A program made the translations under genes and the position numbers. Below are positions 1-12,527 of a stretch of DNA of 64,000 nt, piece by piece. Within the stretch, counting starts at the first letter, position 1, and each line of letters begins with the position of its first letter. Location of the stretch: the NCBI GenBank assembly GCA_965113315.1, contig OZ220368.1. One strand, written 5' to 3'. Under the pieces are notes generated by a model, which saw only the letters and a program-made list of their open reading frames with translations, ran no database searches and was not told the origin of the DNA. The stretch is from Podarcis vaucheri. Its lineage: Eukaryota.

Positions 1-829
1 GTATTTGATGCAAAATGTCTCATTTGCGTGTCAGACACATTACATTAACTCAGCTGGAAGAAGAGCCCAGGTTAAAGTAGGATTCTGTTGGGGAGAGATG
101 ATATAAGGGTGAGAGGCTCATGGGTGCTAGAATTAAACCACTACTTAGGAATGGTATAAAGGAGATATGGAAAATACTCAGTCCGGAGAACTGATGCAGG
201 TTTAGGTGCACAGCAGCCAATGTTTGTGCAGTTTCCAAGTAAGGAAGTGACATCTGGGTTTTTTTTAAAAAAGCAAAATACAATGGCTGCTTCAAGCAGG
301 TGATTATCCCTCATTCACTGCCAAGATGTCAGCCACATTAATATACTTTACCATAGCCACTATAAAACACAGGTGGCCACTTGAGATATTAGGCTACAGG
401 ATGGACATTCTTCACAAACTGAAATAAAGTTTTGCAATGATTGCCAGTAGAGTAAGCTAGTATGTAGCCTAAGATGTCTTGTTCCTTCTCTTTAAATTTG
501 TTCCAATGCCTTCAATTTTGTCTGAAAGAAAAACATGCAAGTCACAATTAAACCTGCACTGCTTATGGAGAATGTGGACCAGTAAGAAGTAAGCAGCACA
601 TAAGCGGCACACAAAGCACTACCAAACCATTCTATGTTCTAAATCTTATATTAATAATCCAAAAATTGAGACGGAAGCCACAAACATAAAACATATTCAA
701 ATTGTGTCTAAAAGGAAGATTCAGGAGAAAGACTGAATCTTCCTTTTGGCCACAATTTGAATGTTTTTTGTTTGTGGCTTCTGTCTCAATTTTGTTCCAT
801 TCATAAATAGGGCTATAGCCCAATTTTAC

Positions 830-3800
830 CTGTTTTCTTGAAGTCTCCTGCAACATCAATTCTGCAATTTTTCTTCCAGAGGGTTCCTTATTGTACAGAT
901 CTGTTGTCTCTGGCAGATAAGATTGATCAATACTCTGAAACAAATGACAAGGTCAGCTAGGATGTGATGATCTAATGTGTGGTTAGTTTGTGCTCTGAAC
1001 AGTTACTGGTAACCTTTTTAATATACATGATTTCTGACAATCCACTATAAACAAGTCATTGGCTCTGTTTTACAATTTGGCTGCACAGAAAATTGATAAA
1101 TGGTAAACATGAAAGTGAGATTGGTTTTCTCCAGTGAGTGGTTAATTAGCATTAACCACTCCTTTTGTTTTCCTGGGTAGAATGAAAAGTTTGTGATGAT
1201 TAGATTCACTTAGTATACGTACCTCTGATGTATATCTGAATTCTTCATCCCATCTTCCATCTGCTATGCGCACAATCACAGATGCACCTGGCACCAACTG
1301 GATCTGGAAGTTTCAAACTATAGCATTAAGTACATTCTTTATATGTGTGTGATTGTTGAACAAGAATAATGGTGAAACGTTGGGGATAAAGTAGGGCTCC
1401 CACGGATTGCAGGCACCTGTCATACCTGAGGCTGTTGAGGTTTTCATATAATTACAGAATATTCAAGTGCCTCCTTACTCTATACTGGAGCCTTCTACTC
1501 CAGGGTTAGTAGACCACATAAATGTTCCCCATTGCACCCAAATGAATCTGTAAAGCAGCGGTTCTCAAAGGGTGTGGCTAGAAGATTCAAGGACAATCAA
1601 ATATTTAAACATTTCAGTGTAGTATAGTATCAAAAAAAAATTATTTGCAGACTATGGATAAATATATTTACAAAAACACTAATTTGAGTTTCTTTTCCCC
1701 CCAATGTATTTCTTGCCAAACAATTTGGTATGGCGTGAGCAAGTTTTTCTGGAAGTGTGGCCGAAAGAAAAACATTTTAGAGCCACTGGTTCAGGTAAAT
1801 TTTCAATTTAAAGATTACATTATAAAGAAACATAGTCTTGTACATTGGTTTATCTGACTTAGCAGTCTTCAGCGAAGATCCCTCTGCAGCACAAACACAT
1901 TTTGGAATCCACTATTTTTTTACAATGTATTTGTATGATGGTGGGGCTGGTGTTGCAAAACACCTGTCTTGCTCCCAGAAATCTTTGTCAGCCATGCTCC
2001 TTGGAACTTTCTGCACTTGTAGTAGTGTTTGGGGTAATTGGGATTTGTGTGGTCTACCTTTTGCATCAGTTTTTGTTACTACCCTGTATAATACGATCTA
2101 GAAAAGGATTGCAAGTGCTCCCCTTACTTCACCGTTTTGCTTCTTTGATAAGTTTTGTGAAGCTACTGCTCTATGCTTAACTAGTCTCATACCTCTTTCT
2201 TTTGGAGCATGCTCTTCATAATGCTGCTGCATTTCCCTTCAGATAAGGAAGCCAGGATGATCTGTTAAGGAAAGAACAAACCTTGAACCAGAAAAGAACA
2301 AACCACCTACTGTTTCTTTGCAGCATTCTTTTAGTAGACTACTGCAAGAGATTCCTTAAGAGAGAGAAATAGAGAGAAGTGTTCCCAGAACAATACAAAG
2401 TAACATTATTGTAAAGCTTACTAATTTTGTACACACCCCAAACAACATCTTGAAATTAGAAACTGATCCCTGACTTTGGACTAAATTATAGTAGTGGGTA
2501 AAAACAAGTGGGTCAAGAGCTGGTGACACTTAAGCCAAAGATGGGGTGGGGAATGCATAGCAGCTATAGGCACTGGTTTATTCTTTGCACCATCACCACC
2601 TCCAAAAGCTGGGAGAACTAGTTGCCATTTGTACCCTTTGCCATTGCTAAGATATTTGAAGGCATTAAGCGCACACAAGTAGGGACTTCAGAAAGTACAG
2701 AAAGCTGTGGGAATGAGCCATCATTTCTTAACTGATGCTGCATTCACATAAAGCTCAAAAGTGGGGAAGTGGATATCTTTCAGCATGACAGAATGGTGAT
2801 ATACAGGGAAACATACAAAATATATAATGCGCGTGTGTGCGTGTGCTAATAAGTGCATGCCCCTGCCCAGATGCTGGAATTTGATTGTTTTTGCAAGAAA
2901 ATTGGTATGTACGTCTAACTTTTACGTGGTTGGTTAACTATACCTGACTGGGAGCCCCCTGGTATAAGGGCAGTTGGTAAATGCCGGTGTTGCAGTAACC
3001 TCTGGAAAACACATGAAGAGCTGTCCATGCCCCACTTTTCTGAGTGTAATGTAACTGTTCCCCTTTTAGCATGACTCTTCTTTGTGCTGCTTGGCATTCT
3101 TTTTCACCCGAGGCACATTGGGCAGGATTCACCACACCTTGGTACAGGTGAATAATAATGGTTGTATATTTATGGTAAACTCTGTGGGGACAGGTCTGAA
3201 AAACAGAAGTTGCAGGTTCTGAAAGGAAAGGCTGAGCCACCTGTTGTGTACAGGTTCACAAATATGAGTTTGGAAATATGGTCATCAGTAAGAAAGCTTA
3301 CACTGCACTCCACCATGGGCAGACTGCCTCATTCAAAATCATGCCAGGTCTCCTTAACACAATTAAATTTCACATACCCGGAGCCCCCTGGTATAAGGCA
3401 GTGAGCAAATGCTGGTGATATGACATGTTTCTCTGTAAAAAATATTGGGCAGCAATGGATTTATGAAAGGAATGCACACACTTCCTTTATGTGGTACAGA
3501 AATTAAGAACCCTGAGCCTCGCTGCTAGCAAAAATGTTTGAACCCCAGTAGAGTATCAAAATATAGGCTACAGATTTAGTAGGGATAGGTGGTAGGGAAT
3601 CAGCCTACTTATAGCAATACTAATTCACTAGAGAGAATGTTTCTACTTTGCTGAACTTTTCTGGAGCTAATATTTCTGCTTAAAACTCCACCTAGTTACC
3701 TTCCACACAGTGCATCTTAGTTAACTGGTTACTAGGCTCAGGAGGCCTTTAGCCGTTTTGCTGTAGACTCTGCTGAATAAGACAGATTACTTGTGAAAAA

Positions 3801-4222
3801 TACCAGATAAACCAGTGTTGAAATACAGATTGGTTCCTTCTTACAGCATGGGACCCATCTTACTGAAAGGCAACGACCTATCCTTTGCTGAGTGGAACAC
3901 CCAGTGTCATCTTTTTTTAGTTGTAGGCCATTCAGAGTCCTGTGACTGAAGGGTGGCTTACAGAGTGACGAACAACAAAATAAAGGATGTGATACCTTGA
4001 AGCCATCAAGCCACACAGGCCATTGCTGGTAGCTGTTTTTGTCAAGCTCCTCAACAAAGATGGGGTAATCATACTTCAGCCACTGGGCCCCAAAGTAACA
4101 TGCCCCAGGTGGATTGAAGCAGAACTGGGCGATTGTCAAGCCAGACCATGGTAAGTTCATGCCTCTGTCCAATGCAAACTGGAATACCACAGAGTTTAGA
4201 TGTCAGTCTGGATAAGAGCACT

Positions 4223-4256
<34 letters not shown>

Positions 4257-7200
4257 CCAAGGCTTAATTTGCTCACAAACATGAAAGACTAAATTTGTTT
4301 CTCAACTATACCATTTCAAATTACTCTGACATGCCAGTTTTCTGTGAGCAGGGAATTTTTGTCCTTAGCAGTATGAAGTAATACAGCTAAGAAAGTCAAC
4401 TTGTTTAGAAAATTAAGAATACTAGTGGTTGTCTTCAGAAGTTGATAAATGCCTGTTAATCAACATGTACCTAAAGGCACAGCAACAGAGACCAGGTTAA
4501 AGGTTGATAACTATTTTCAAGTGCAGAAATTTCTTAAGACTGGTTATGAGGAGGCAGAATTCCTTATTTCCATATCTCTGTATAGTATTCTATCCCAGTC
4601 ATGTATAAAATTTTGTGCTAAACAGGGCATTTCTGTGAATGTGATAGCTATTCACCTTGATGCCATAGGTGGGAATGTATCTGGAGACATAGGTGAGGCT
4701 AAAAGGCTGTGGACTGCTGCCTGGCACCCGGGTTAGTTTCTGATGGATCCAGGTGACAATCTCCTCATCTGTGCATAAACTCTTAGGACCTTCAAGCTGG
4801 TGAACTATTTCCCGCACTGAAACAACAGACCTGTGTGAAACAAAAAGCTGTTTTTGCTGTGGCCCACAGTTATGGAATTCTATAATTATTTCCTACCAAA
4901 GTGTGTTGATGCATGGGGCAAGACCCTTGGCTCACCCTTCTGTTAATCTGATTTGAATGTAAGATGGACTGTTGTTTTGTAAGGTTCCTCCTGCCCTTTG
5001 ATTAAAAAAAAATAACCCAATCAATAGGCTCATCAAATACATAGTCCACCATAGAACACACTATAATAACTCAGCTTTTATGTATGTGACTACAGTGAGA
5101 CCAAAAATTCTTAAAAGTAATAGCTGGCAGTCCTCTTAAGGGAGACTTTTCCACAATTGCTATGATTCCATCTTTTTTACTTCCATCCATCCTGCAACCA
5201 CTGAGGAGACAGAAACTCAGTTTACCTGTTGGTCATGGCTTCATAGAAGCAACTTTCTCCTGCAGTAGGCTTGGCCGAGTCTGAGTAATAGACACCATCA
5301 GAATAGTCAGGCCTGGCCTGAAAGAGGCCCACTTTGGCCCAGTTTGCCTGAGGGACCATGCTTCTTTGTAACGTTTGATGGCTGGAATTTACAGGTGCCT
5401 TGATAAGCCTCACTAGCAGGGTTGCACAGGGCACATACCTACAGGGAAAGTGAGAAGACAGATATTAAGAAAGCTAGTTTGATGATAAGATGGGGAAGAA
5501 ATTGGAAATGATGTAAGTGAGAGGGGCTCACCGTCCTATTGATGTCAGAGAGCTGGTAGAGAAGGGCTGATCTGGGCAGGGACTGTTGTGAAAAATACGG
5601 AGCTGATGAGCACCATCATTGAGGGAGACCTGAGGAAAATAGTAATCAACATCTATCCACAGACCCCTTTTTCCTCCTTCTTGGGAAACAGGTAATGGGA
5701 AATATATTGTGTTCCCCTCCTACCATTTGCATCTGAACTGTGGAGAGACAGCAAGATTTTGGGGTAGGGCTCCAGGTCACACAGCAGTTATGGTGGGGTG
5801 GGATTTTTGGCATGGCACTAGAAAGCATGAGCATTAATAGTAAAACCCTATCCTGTGAGATCTAGTGGGAATGTGAAACATTCTTGTAGCACTTTGGTTG
5901 TCAGCAAAAGAATGAGAGTTCCTGAAATACCCATGAAGAAGGAAGGCATTTTCCTGCTGGAGCCTATCAGCATTATAAACCATGTCCTAACTTCATTTTC
6001 AGAACTGAGGCTGCTTCCCCTGAATTCCCCTTCAGTTAAATCACCTGGATCCCCTTGGCCTCTGGTTCAGGGGCTTTGTGTGTTCCACATTCCACAAAAA
6101 CATTGAGAGCTGCCCAACCGATCTGGATGAGCTCAGAGGTTAAGCGATTGATGGAATAAACCTGTAAAATACAAAGGGACATTAGTTCATTCCCCCCTGG
6201 CAGCTAGACCCATAGTTCTGTTTTGTGTTGGAGGTGAGGTGGAGGTCAGGAAGATGTTGCCATAATGTCCTCCATTAAGAATATAATAGCACTGCAGAAT
6301 CAGACCAAGGGCCCACCTAGTCCAGCATGCTGTTCTCATGGCCAACTAGATGCCTATAGGAAGCAACTAGTGGCCAACTAGATGCCTATAGGAAGCCTGC
6401 AAGCATTCTGCTGTCTTTTGAAGACACGCCTCAGCCTGCTTACACAGGCATTCCCTTCATCTCGACCTGAGTCTCCAGTTTTAACTACTACTTTGTTTTA
6501 GTATACACCTGTTTTGTTGCATTTTAATTATGGGTGTTTATATTTTAATGTTTGTGCAACTCTTATATTTTGTAGGGTGCTTAGAAGCCTATTTTGGCAT
6601 TAAACAGTAAATAAATAGCACCAACAATACTATTCCCACTTGTGTTCCCCAGCAACTGGTATTCGGAGATATAATGCCTCTGCCACTGGAGCCATTAATA
6701 GCACCCAGTTCTAATATGATGAGAGAAGGAGAAAAATGTCTCTCTACCCAGTTTATCCTCAGCATTCATAATTTTATACAGCTCCGTCAATTGCCTCCTT
6801 ACTTTTTTTTCTAAACTAAAAAGCCCCAAATGATGTAACTTTTCCACACAGGGGAGTTGTTCCAGCTCCATTTCAGGAAAGGAAAGATCATTAACTTCCT
6901 AACTCTTGACCCCCCACAGGACATGCTTCATTCATTGGTAGCATTCTTTGCACGCCCTTTACCCATACCAACACAAACCTTTAACAGAAGAGTTGCACAA
7001 GGCGCTATCACTGGCTCTCTGATTTCAACTGAGTAGTTGTAAAATGGATCAAATATGCTGCTATTCAGGTCAATCCCAGTGCAAATGTCTGGCCCAATTC
7101 TGAAAGGAAGAAGCAGAAACAACCTTCAGCTAAATGTTTTCCATAAGAGGGCATTGTTAAGCTCCTCTGTTGTCGTGGCACCTTGAACTGAAGCAAAACC

Positions 7201-10200
7201 CTTTGCGTGCTTCAGGACATAGCCATAGAAACATTAAAATCAGGGGTAGGAGACTGAGGGTCATTCTGTCTGGAAGTCTTGCACAGACAGAACAATTGTG
7301 AGAGTGCCCCATTGAATCCCACCCATAGCATGTATGCAGCCTGGGAGAAGCAGAGGAAAGATGGCATTTTAGGGAAGAAAAACCCAGAGAACTGTTCCTC
7401 CTTACTGCATGAAACCACTGGTGAAGATACGAGCAGTGACCCTGGTAACAGTGACACCATCAGGCAGGAAGCGGGCTCCATCAATGTATAGATCAAAGCC
7501 ATCTCCAGCTCTGAAAGGCTCTACAGGAGGTGTCTCCCTGAAATGATGAATAAAAGCTTCCTGTGGGGGGAAAAGTTGTGATGATACTAAATGGCCATTT
7601 TACTGCACTTTCACTCAGTTTTAGAGGTCCTTTTGTTTTAACAATCCCGAAGAGCTTATTATCATGAGCAAACATAAATGCAATTCTTTGTAAACAAATG
7701 TAGAGAAATGCATGCTGGTGCAAAAATCTTAATGCCACATATACTCTCAATGGGGTCTGAAGTAGCAGTGATTGACCAGGAACGAGACCTGGGGGCCATA
7801 GTAGATAGCTCAATTAAGATGTTGATCCAGTGTGCAGGAACTGTGAGAAAGGCAAAATCCATGCTAGGGATCACTAGGAAAGGAACTGAGAATAAAATTG
7901 TTGATACCATAATGCCTTTATACAAATATATGGTGTGACTGCATTTGGAATTCTGTGTACCGTTCTGGTCACCTCACCTCAAAAAGGATATTGTGGTGTT
8001 GGAAAAGGTTCACAAAAGGGCAACCAAAATGATCAAGAGAATGGTGCAACTCCCCTATGAAGGAAGGCTGCAGATTTGGGACTTTTTGGTTTAAAGAAAA
8101 TGTGCATGAGATGTGACACATGTTTATAACATTAAGCATGGCATAGAGTATATGGAGAAAAGTTATTCTTCCTCTCTCATAACACCAGAACTCCTGAAGA
8201 CCCAATGAAGCTGAATTTTGGAAGATTCAGGACAGATAAAAGAACTGTAAACTGCAGTGCCCAGAATTCTTTGAAGGAAAGGAAGTGCTTCAGATACGCT
8301 TTAAAGGTATAATACGTATGCAGCCAGATTGTGAACTGAGTGGAGGTGGTAGGTCTGTCCCAATTATCCCAAGCCCTGTAGGGACTGTAAAACCGTCCTT
8401 GCCCAGCACTCACATGAGGCCAGGTTTTTGCTGGGTCAAGTGGAGGTGGTGACTCTGGTGGAAAAGGTTGCTCAGGTTTCTGGGTGCTGAAGACGTGCAG
8501 CCTTAAAGTAGCATCACCATATATCTTGAAGTCCTGATGATTCTCTTCCATTGACTAGGAGCAAAGCATTATGTGCAGATGGGAATGAAACAAGAGGAAA
8601 GCATAATAAGGCACAGCTTAAAACATGGGGCTTCATCCAGTGCACATAGCTCCACTGGCACAACATAAATTCCATTTCTTCTGCCCCCATGTGCTTCCAC
8701 CACATGCATAGCAGTGTTTTATTCCAGTGGAGCTGCAGCACTGGAATCAACACACAGCAGAATGGAGGCTTAACCAATGATTCAGTCCTCCTAAGTATTA
8801 CATACTGTTGCTGCCATATAAAATATTGCTCTGTGAAGATTACAGTTGTAAGTCTTTACTAGAGTAAGCCAGTAAGGAGTGTTGCATCAATAAGAGCAGC
8901 AAGACCAAGCCAGGCATTAGATGTTTAACATCTCTTCAGCCTTTTGATGGTGTATTAATATTGGCGTACTTTACCTACCTGGTTAACCTTGGTTTGCTTT
9001 ACAGGAGTGGACTTACCATCACTGACAGAGTTACAACAGGTGGCACAGGGCCATGATACAGAGTCAGTGTATGAGTCCCTGTGTTCCAGACAGGCATCCC
9101 ATGTTCCCCTTTCTTCATTGCACCTGTGCAAGCAGAATGCAGAAAACTTAATTCCTAGACTAGTAATAGGAAAACCTTAATTCCTGTGGGGAATCATAGC
9201 ACCAGGCAAACAGAAATGCCTGCAGCATACCTGTAACCATCACTTTATGGGATTCATACATCTTGGTCAGTCTGAGCACAGCCCAGGCAGCCAGCCATTC
9301 ATCACTCCCTAGTAGTGGCTGGTGTTGAGGCTTGAATCCTTTGTCCCAGGGGGTAGGTGCTACCCTCCCACTGGGCCAGTGGTAAAAGCGAGCAATAAGG
9401 ATCATGTCCTGCTGCGGCTCAACATCCCAAAAGATTTCCTGAAGGAAACAAAAAGAAGCAGTTCAGGTGAGCCAAGAGTAGTGCTATAATTTCCAGCACC
9501 TTCTACCCTTCAATTCCCTCTGCTATGCACCATATTCAAAAACCACCTAACTGTTTTCATGGATTAGGAATGAGCATGTTTTTCTCTGAGCTCAGACCGG
9601 CTTTTACACCATTGGCAAGAAAACCCAAAGCCCATATTTTGCAAACAAGCAACATGATTGCTTCTTATAGTTAGGCATGGGCATCCACAATAATTATCCC
9701 CAGGATTGGGGAAAGTAAATACTCTAAACCAATGTAAATACTTATCTAGCATCAGAGAACTGGTCTACCATTTCTGGTAACAGGTGACTGAGTGGTGGTG
9801 AGGTCTGAGCAAACTTGGCCTCTGAGAAACAAATACAGTGGTACCTCGGGTTAAGAATTTAATTCGTTCTGGAGGTCCGTTCTGAACCTCAAACTGTTCT
9901 TAACCTGAAGCACCACTTTAGCTAATGGGTCCTCCCGCTGCCGCTGCACCGCCGCCACACGATTTCTGTTCTCATCCTGAAGCAAAGTTCTTAACCCGAG
10001 GTGCTATTTCTGGGTTAGGGGAGTCTGTAACCTGAAGCGTCTGTAACCCAAGATACCACTGTACAGTATTCTAGTGCTTGCAGCAATGGTAGTGCTGAGT
10101 AACCATCTAATCAGTGCAAGGATAATAATCTGTCTGAGGACACTCTGTGAACTTCTCAGCTGGACTGGGATGTAAACCTAAGTCCATCTCCAAGCCTAAT

Positions 10201-10602
10201 GCTCTCCTGCCAAAGCACCATTCTATACCTCCTGTTCTCCAAACACGAAGTAGCCATGTTTAATATTGGATCTCATGGAATCGGTGCAGTAATTCAGTCC
10301 CGAGTCCTTGGTGGCAATCACCTGAAATCAAGTTTGAGAAAAATGTAACACATGGTCCAACTTCCTTTTTAAGCTTTCTTGGTGTTTCTTCCTAACCAGG
10401 GTGCCAGCTGAACACCACTATGACACTGGGGCTATTGACAGAGCCACACATGTTCCGTACCTGACCAGTTTTCTGATGGTAACCAGTTAGCCGGACAGCC
10501 CCATCTCCTGGTGGGGCGCCTTTTACTCTATCAAGGATGAACCCTAATTGTCTTCTTTCATTCTGCTGGGATTGTGGCCACTCGAGCACTGCTTCAATTT
10601 TC
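830..10602 (-). CDS. Uncharacterised multi-exon gene encoding three tandem C2-like domains (at least 16 exons, about 753 codons; both ends unresolved)
   Basis: Minus-strand exons, all GT-AG with consistent phases and no stops: 10602-10461, 10321-10229, 9438-9231, 9123-9017, 8554-8414, 7560-7406, 7099-6979, 6161-6045, 5629-5532, 5438-5226, 4830-4656, 4178-3996, 3195-2944, 2261-2193, 1303-1223, 934-830. Peptides include GDGFDLYIDGARFLPDGVTVTRV, IGWAALNVF, VSLNDGAHQLRIF, RYVPCATLLVRLIKAP, GLFQARPDYSDGVYYS, FCFNPPG, WPVWLDGFK and GYCNTGIYQLPLYQGAPS. The C2-like call is inferred from motif pattern only. Confidence 0.88.
4224..4254. repeat. (AC)n microsatellite
   Basis: Direct dinucleotide run in an intron. 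Confidence 0.95.
6279..6860 (-). mobile_element. CR1-type LINE 3' end in reverse orientation, with an internal 26-bp duplication and a probable nested L2-like tail
   Basis: AAGAATATAA...GGGCCCACCTAGTCCAGCATGCTGTTCTC resembles the reverse complement of reptile CR1 3' ends. TGGCCAACTAGATGCCTATAGGAAGC occurs twice (about 6339-6396). An L2-like tail lies at about 6410-6620. Boundaries are approximate. Confidence 0.6.
7625..8245 (+). mobile_element. CR1 LINE ORF2 C-terminal fragment (degenerate)
   Basis: Translation MQFFVNKCREMH...QERDLGAIVDSSIKMLIQC...KAKSMLGI...IMPLYKYMV and HLEFCVPFWSPHLKKDI match the CR1 RT C-terminus. Stops are present. Confidence 0.9.
9836..10061. mobile_element. Tc1/mariner-type MITE
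   Basis: TIRs CAGTGGTACCTCGGGTTA ... TAACCCAAGATACCACTG with TA on both sides. Same family as 57928-58168. Confidence 0.88.
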
Positions 10603-12527
10603 CTGAAATAATCAGAGGCTTATTAACTCACTGCTCTTCAGCTGTTGCCCCTGTCTTTCAACAGCAAACAGCACCTTTCCCCTTCTCAAACAGCAAAATG
10701 GCAGTTCCCCACCAAATCAGAACCTTGCTAGATTAAGCAATAAAGCTGGGTTACAAGAAAAGTAGAGAGCAATTGATCCAGTACAATTATGGCAGCCCAG
10801 ATTTCCATCTTTACCACTTCTGAAACAGTGTCTCTCCTGGATCCTTTCCTCTTCTAAATAGGTTGGATAAAACTTCTTCAGGAGACCACGAGGAAGTTCT
10901 TTCTCTAGCCAGCAGAAGGGCATTTTACTGTGACATCAAATACAGTGTATATACTGTATATCTGGCTATTAAAGCCAAGTAGAACAAGCGTCTCATTGCC
11001 AATTTCTATTGTGACAGCATAATGTGGAGAGAAATATAATATACCCCTGCAAAGGAAAAGCCAAACTATACTTCGTATTTACCTAGGAAGGTATGGAGAA
11101 GCCTTTGGTTTCTGTTTCTGGGTGCTGCCAGTGCCACAGCCAGGGAGGTAACAGGGAGAGATGGGGGGAAATGAAAAAAAAGAGGGGAAGGTTGATGTAT
11201 GTGAGCATACTGCAGCACAAAGGCCAGAAAGGGGTTTCTTGAAGAACCATATATACTGCCCAGCTGGGTGTTAGGGGAGCAGAGAAGGAATGTTAAAGGT
11301 AGTTGATTATATAGGGGTAAGAGTAAGTAAAATGTGACAAATAAGAAAGGACATAGGAAGGAAAAATACTTTTGCTGAGTTTAATTTATATGCATGAAGG
11401 TTCCTCTTGGGAAGATCTGGTGAATCATGTGTACAGTATTTCATTAGCAAGCTACAGGACAACTCCGCAACATGCAAAACTGAAATAGGCTCATACCAAA
11501 TAATAAGTCAACTACCACAAGCTGGAGACTGGCATGAGGTAGTCTAAAAAGATGGCAGAAAGCTGAATGGAATCTTTCTACCTGATATATTTGGTCAAGT
11601 ACTCCATCCCTACTCCTTTTCTGTATCTGGAGTGAGCAATGGTGTTGCACCTCCCTTTTTCAGTAGCACATTCTCGACAAAATTGCCATTGAAAATATTA
11701 GGCACTGAAAGTAATCACAATAATCACAATATTGGGAATAAAACTGAATGAGGCCCAATACAAGTAAGATTCTCAACTATAGAAGAAGCCATGTTGATGT
11801 GGAACAAAATAAGGCAATAGGTTTATGGCTACTGAATGAAGAAAAAGACAAAGAAGAAAGAAGCACAGTCTAAAAGGAAGTCAGCTTGGGGGCTGCTTCT
11901 CTTGTTATACAGTTCATGAGAAGTTGCTTCAGAATCATTTCCCTCTTTGTTTTATCACGCTCTGATCTAGGTGACATTTGGGGCATGAATATGAAAATAG
12001 CTAGTGTGCAATTATTTGTTTTTCATATTATGTACTAATTGTTGTTGGCATTCATTTGTCTCGGGAGGCAATGGAGGAATGCACCTTTGGAGGTGAAGTC
12101 AAACTGTTGGAAGGTTGTAACTCCTGTAGAGATGTGGGAGAGACATGTTTTGTTAAGTTGCTAAAATCACTAGGCACAGTACAATGGCTTTTAAAAAGAA
12201 GGCGTCCTACAGATTTGCACCAGTTTTAGAGCCCACAAACACAGGGATGCACTTATTGATGAGCACATAAGGAAGGAAACATCAAAGAGAGCAAGCAGCT
12301 TCTAAAGAAACAAAAATAGAAGATGTTACTTCTTGGTAGCCTACATTTATTGGTATTGGCCTTAGCCAATTCTAAAACTTAGACTTTACTAAGCCAGGGT
12401 GGCCTCTTACATACATCCCTGCTGGTACCATGACAGTCAGCATTTCCTACCTAAAGGAAATAGGCAAATGCTGACATTTTCCATTGGCAGAAGCCTCCTT
12501 TTTCAAAGAGATTCTAGATGAGTGGGA

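Noticed and set aside
50-522. Terminal exon of the triple-C2 gene (candidates: 253-50 MSLPYLETAQ...; from 521 TKLKALEQI*; or read-through to 632)
   Set aside because: Several phase-0 options are open and none has independent support, so the end is left unassigned.
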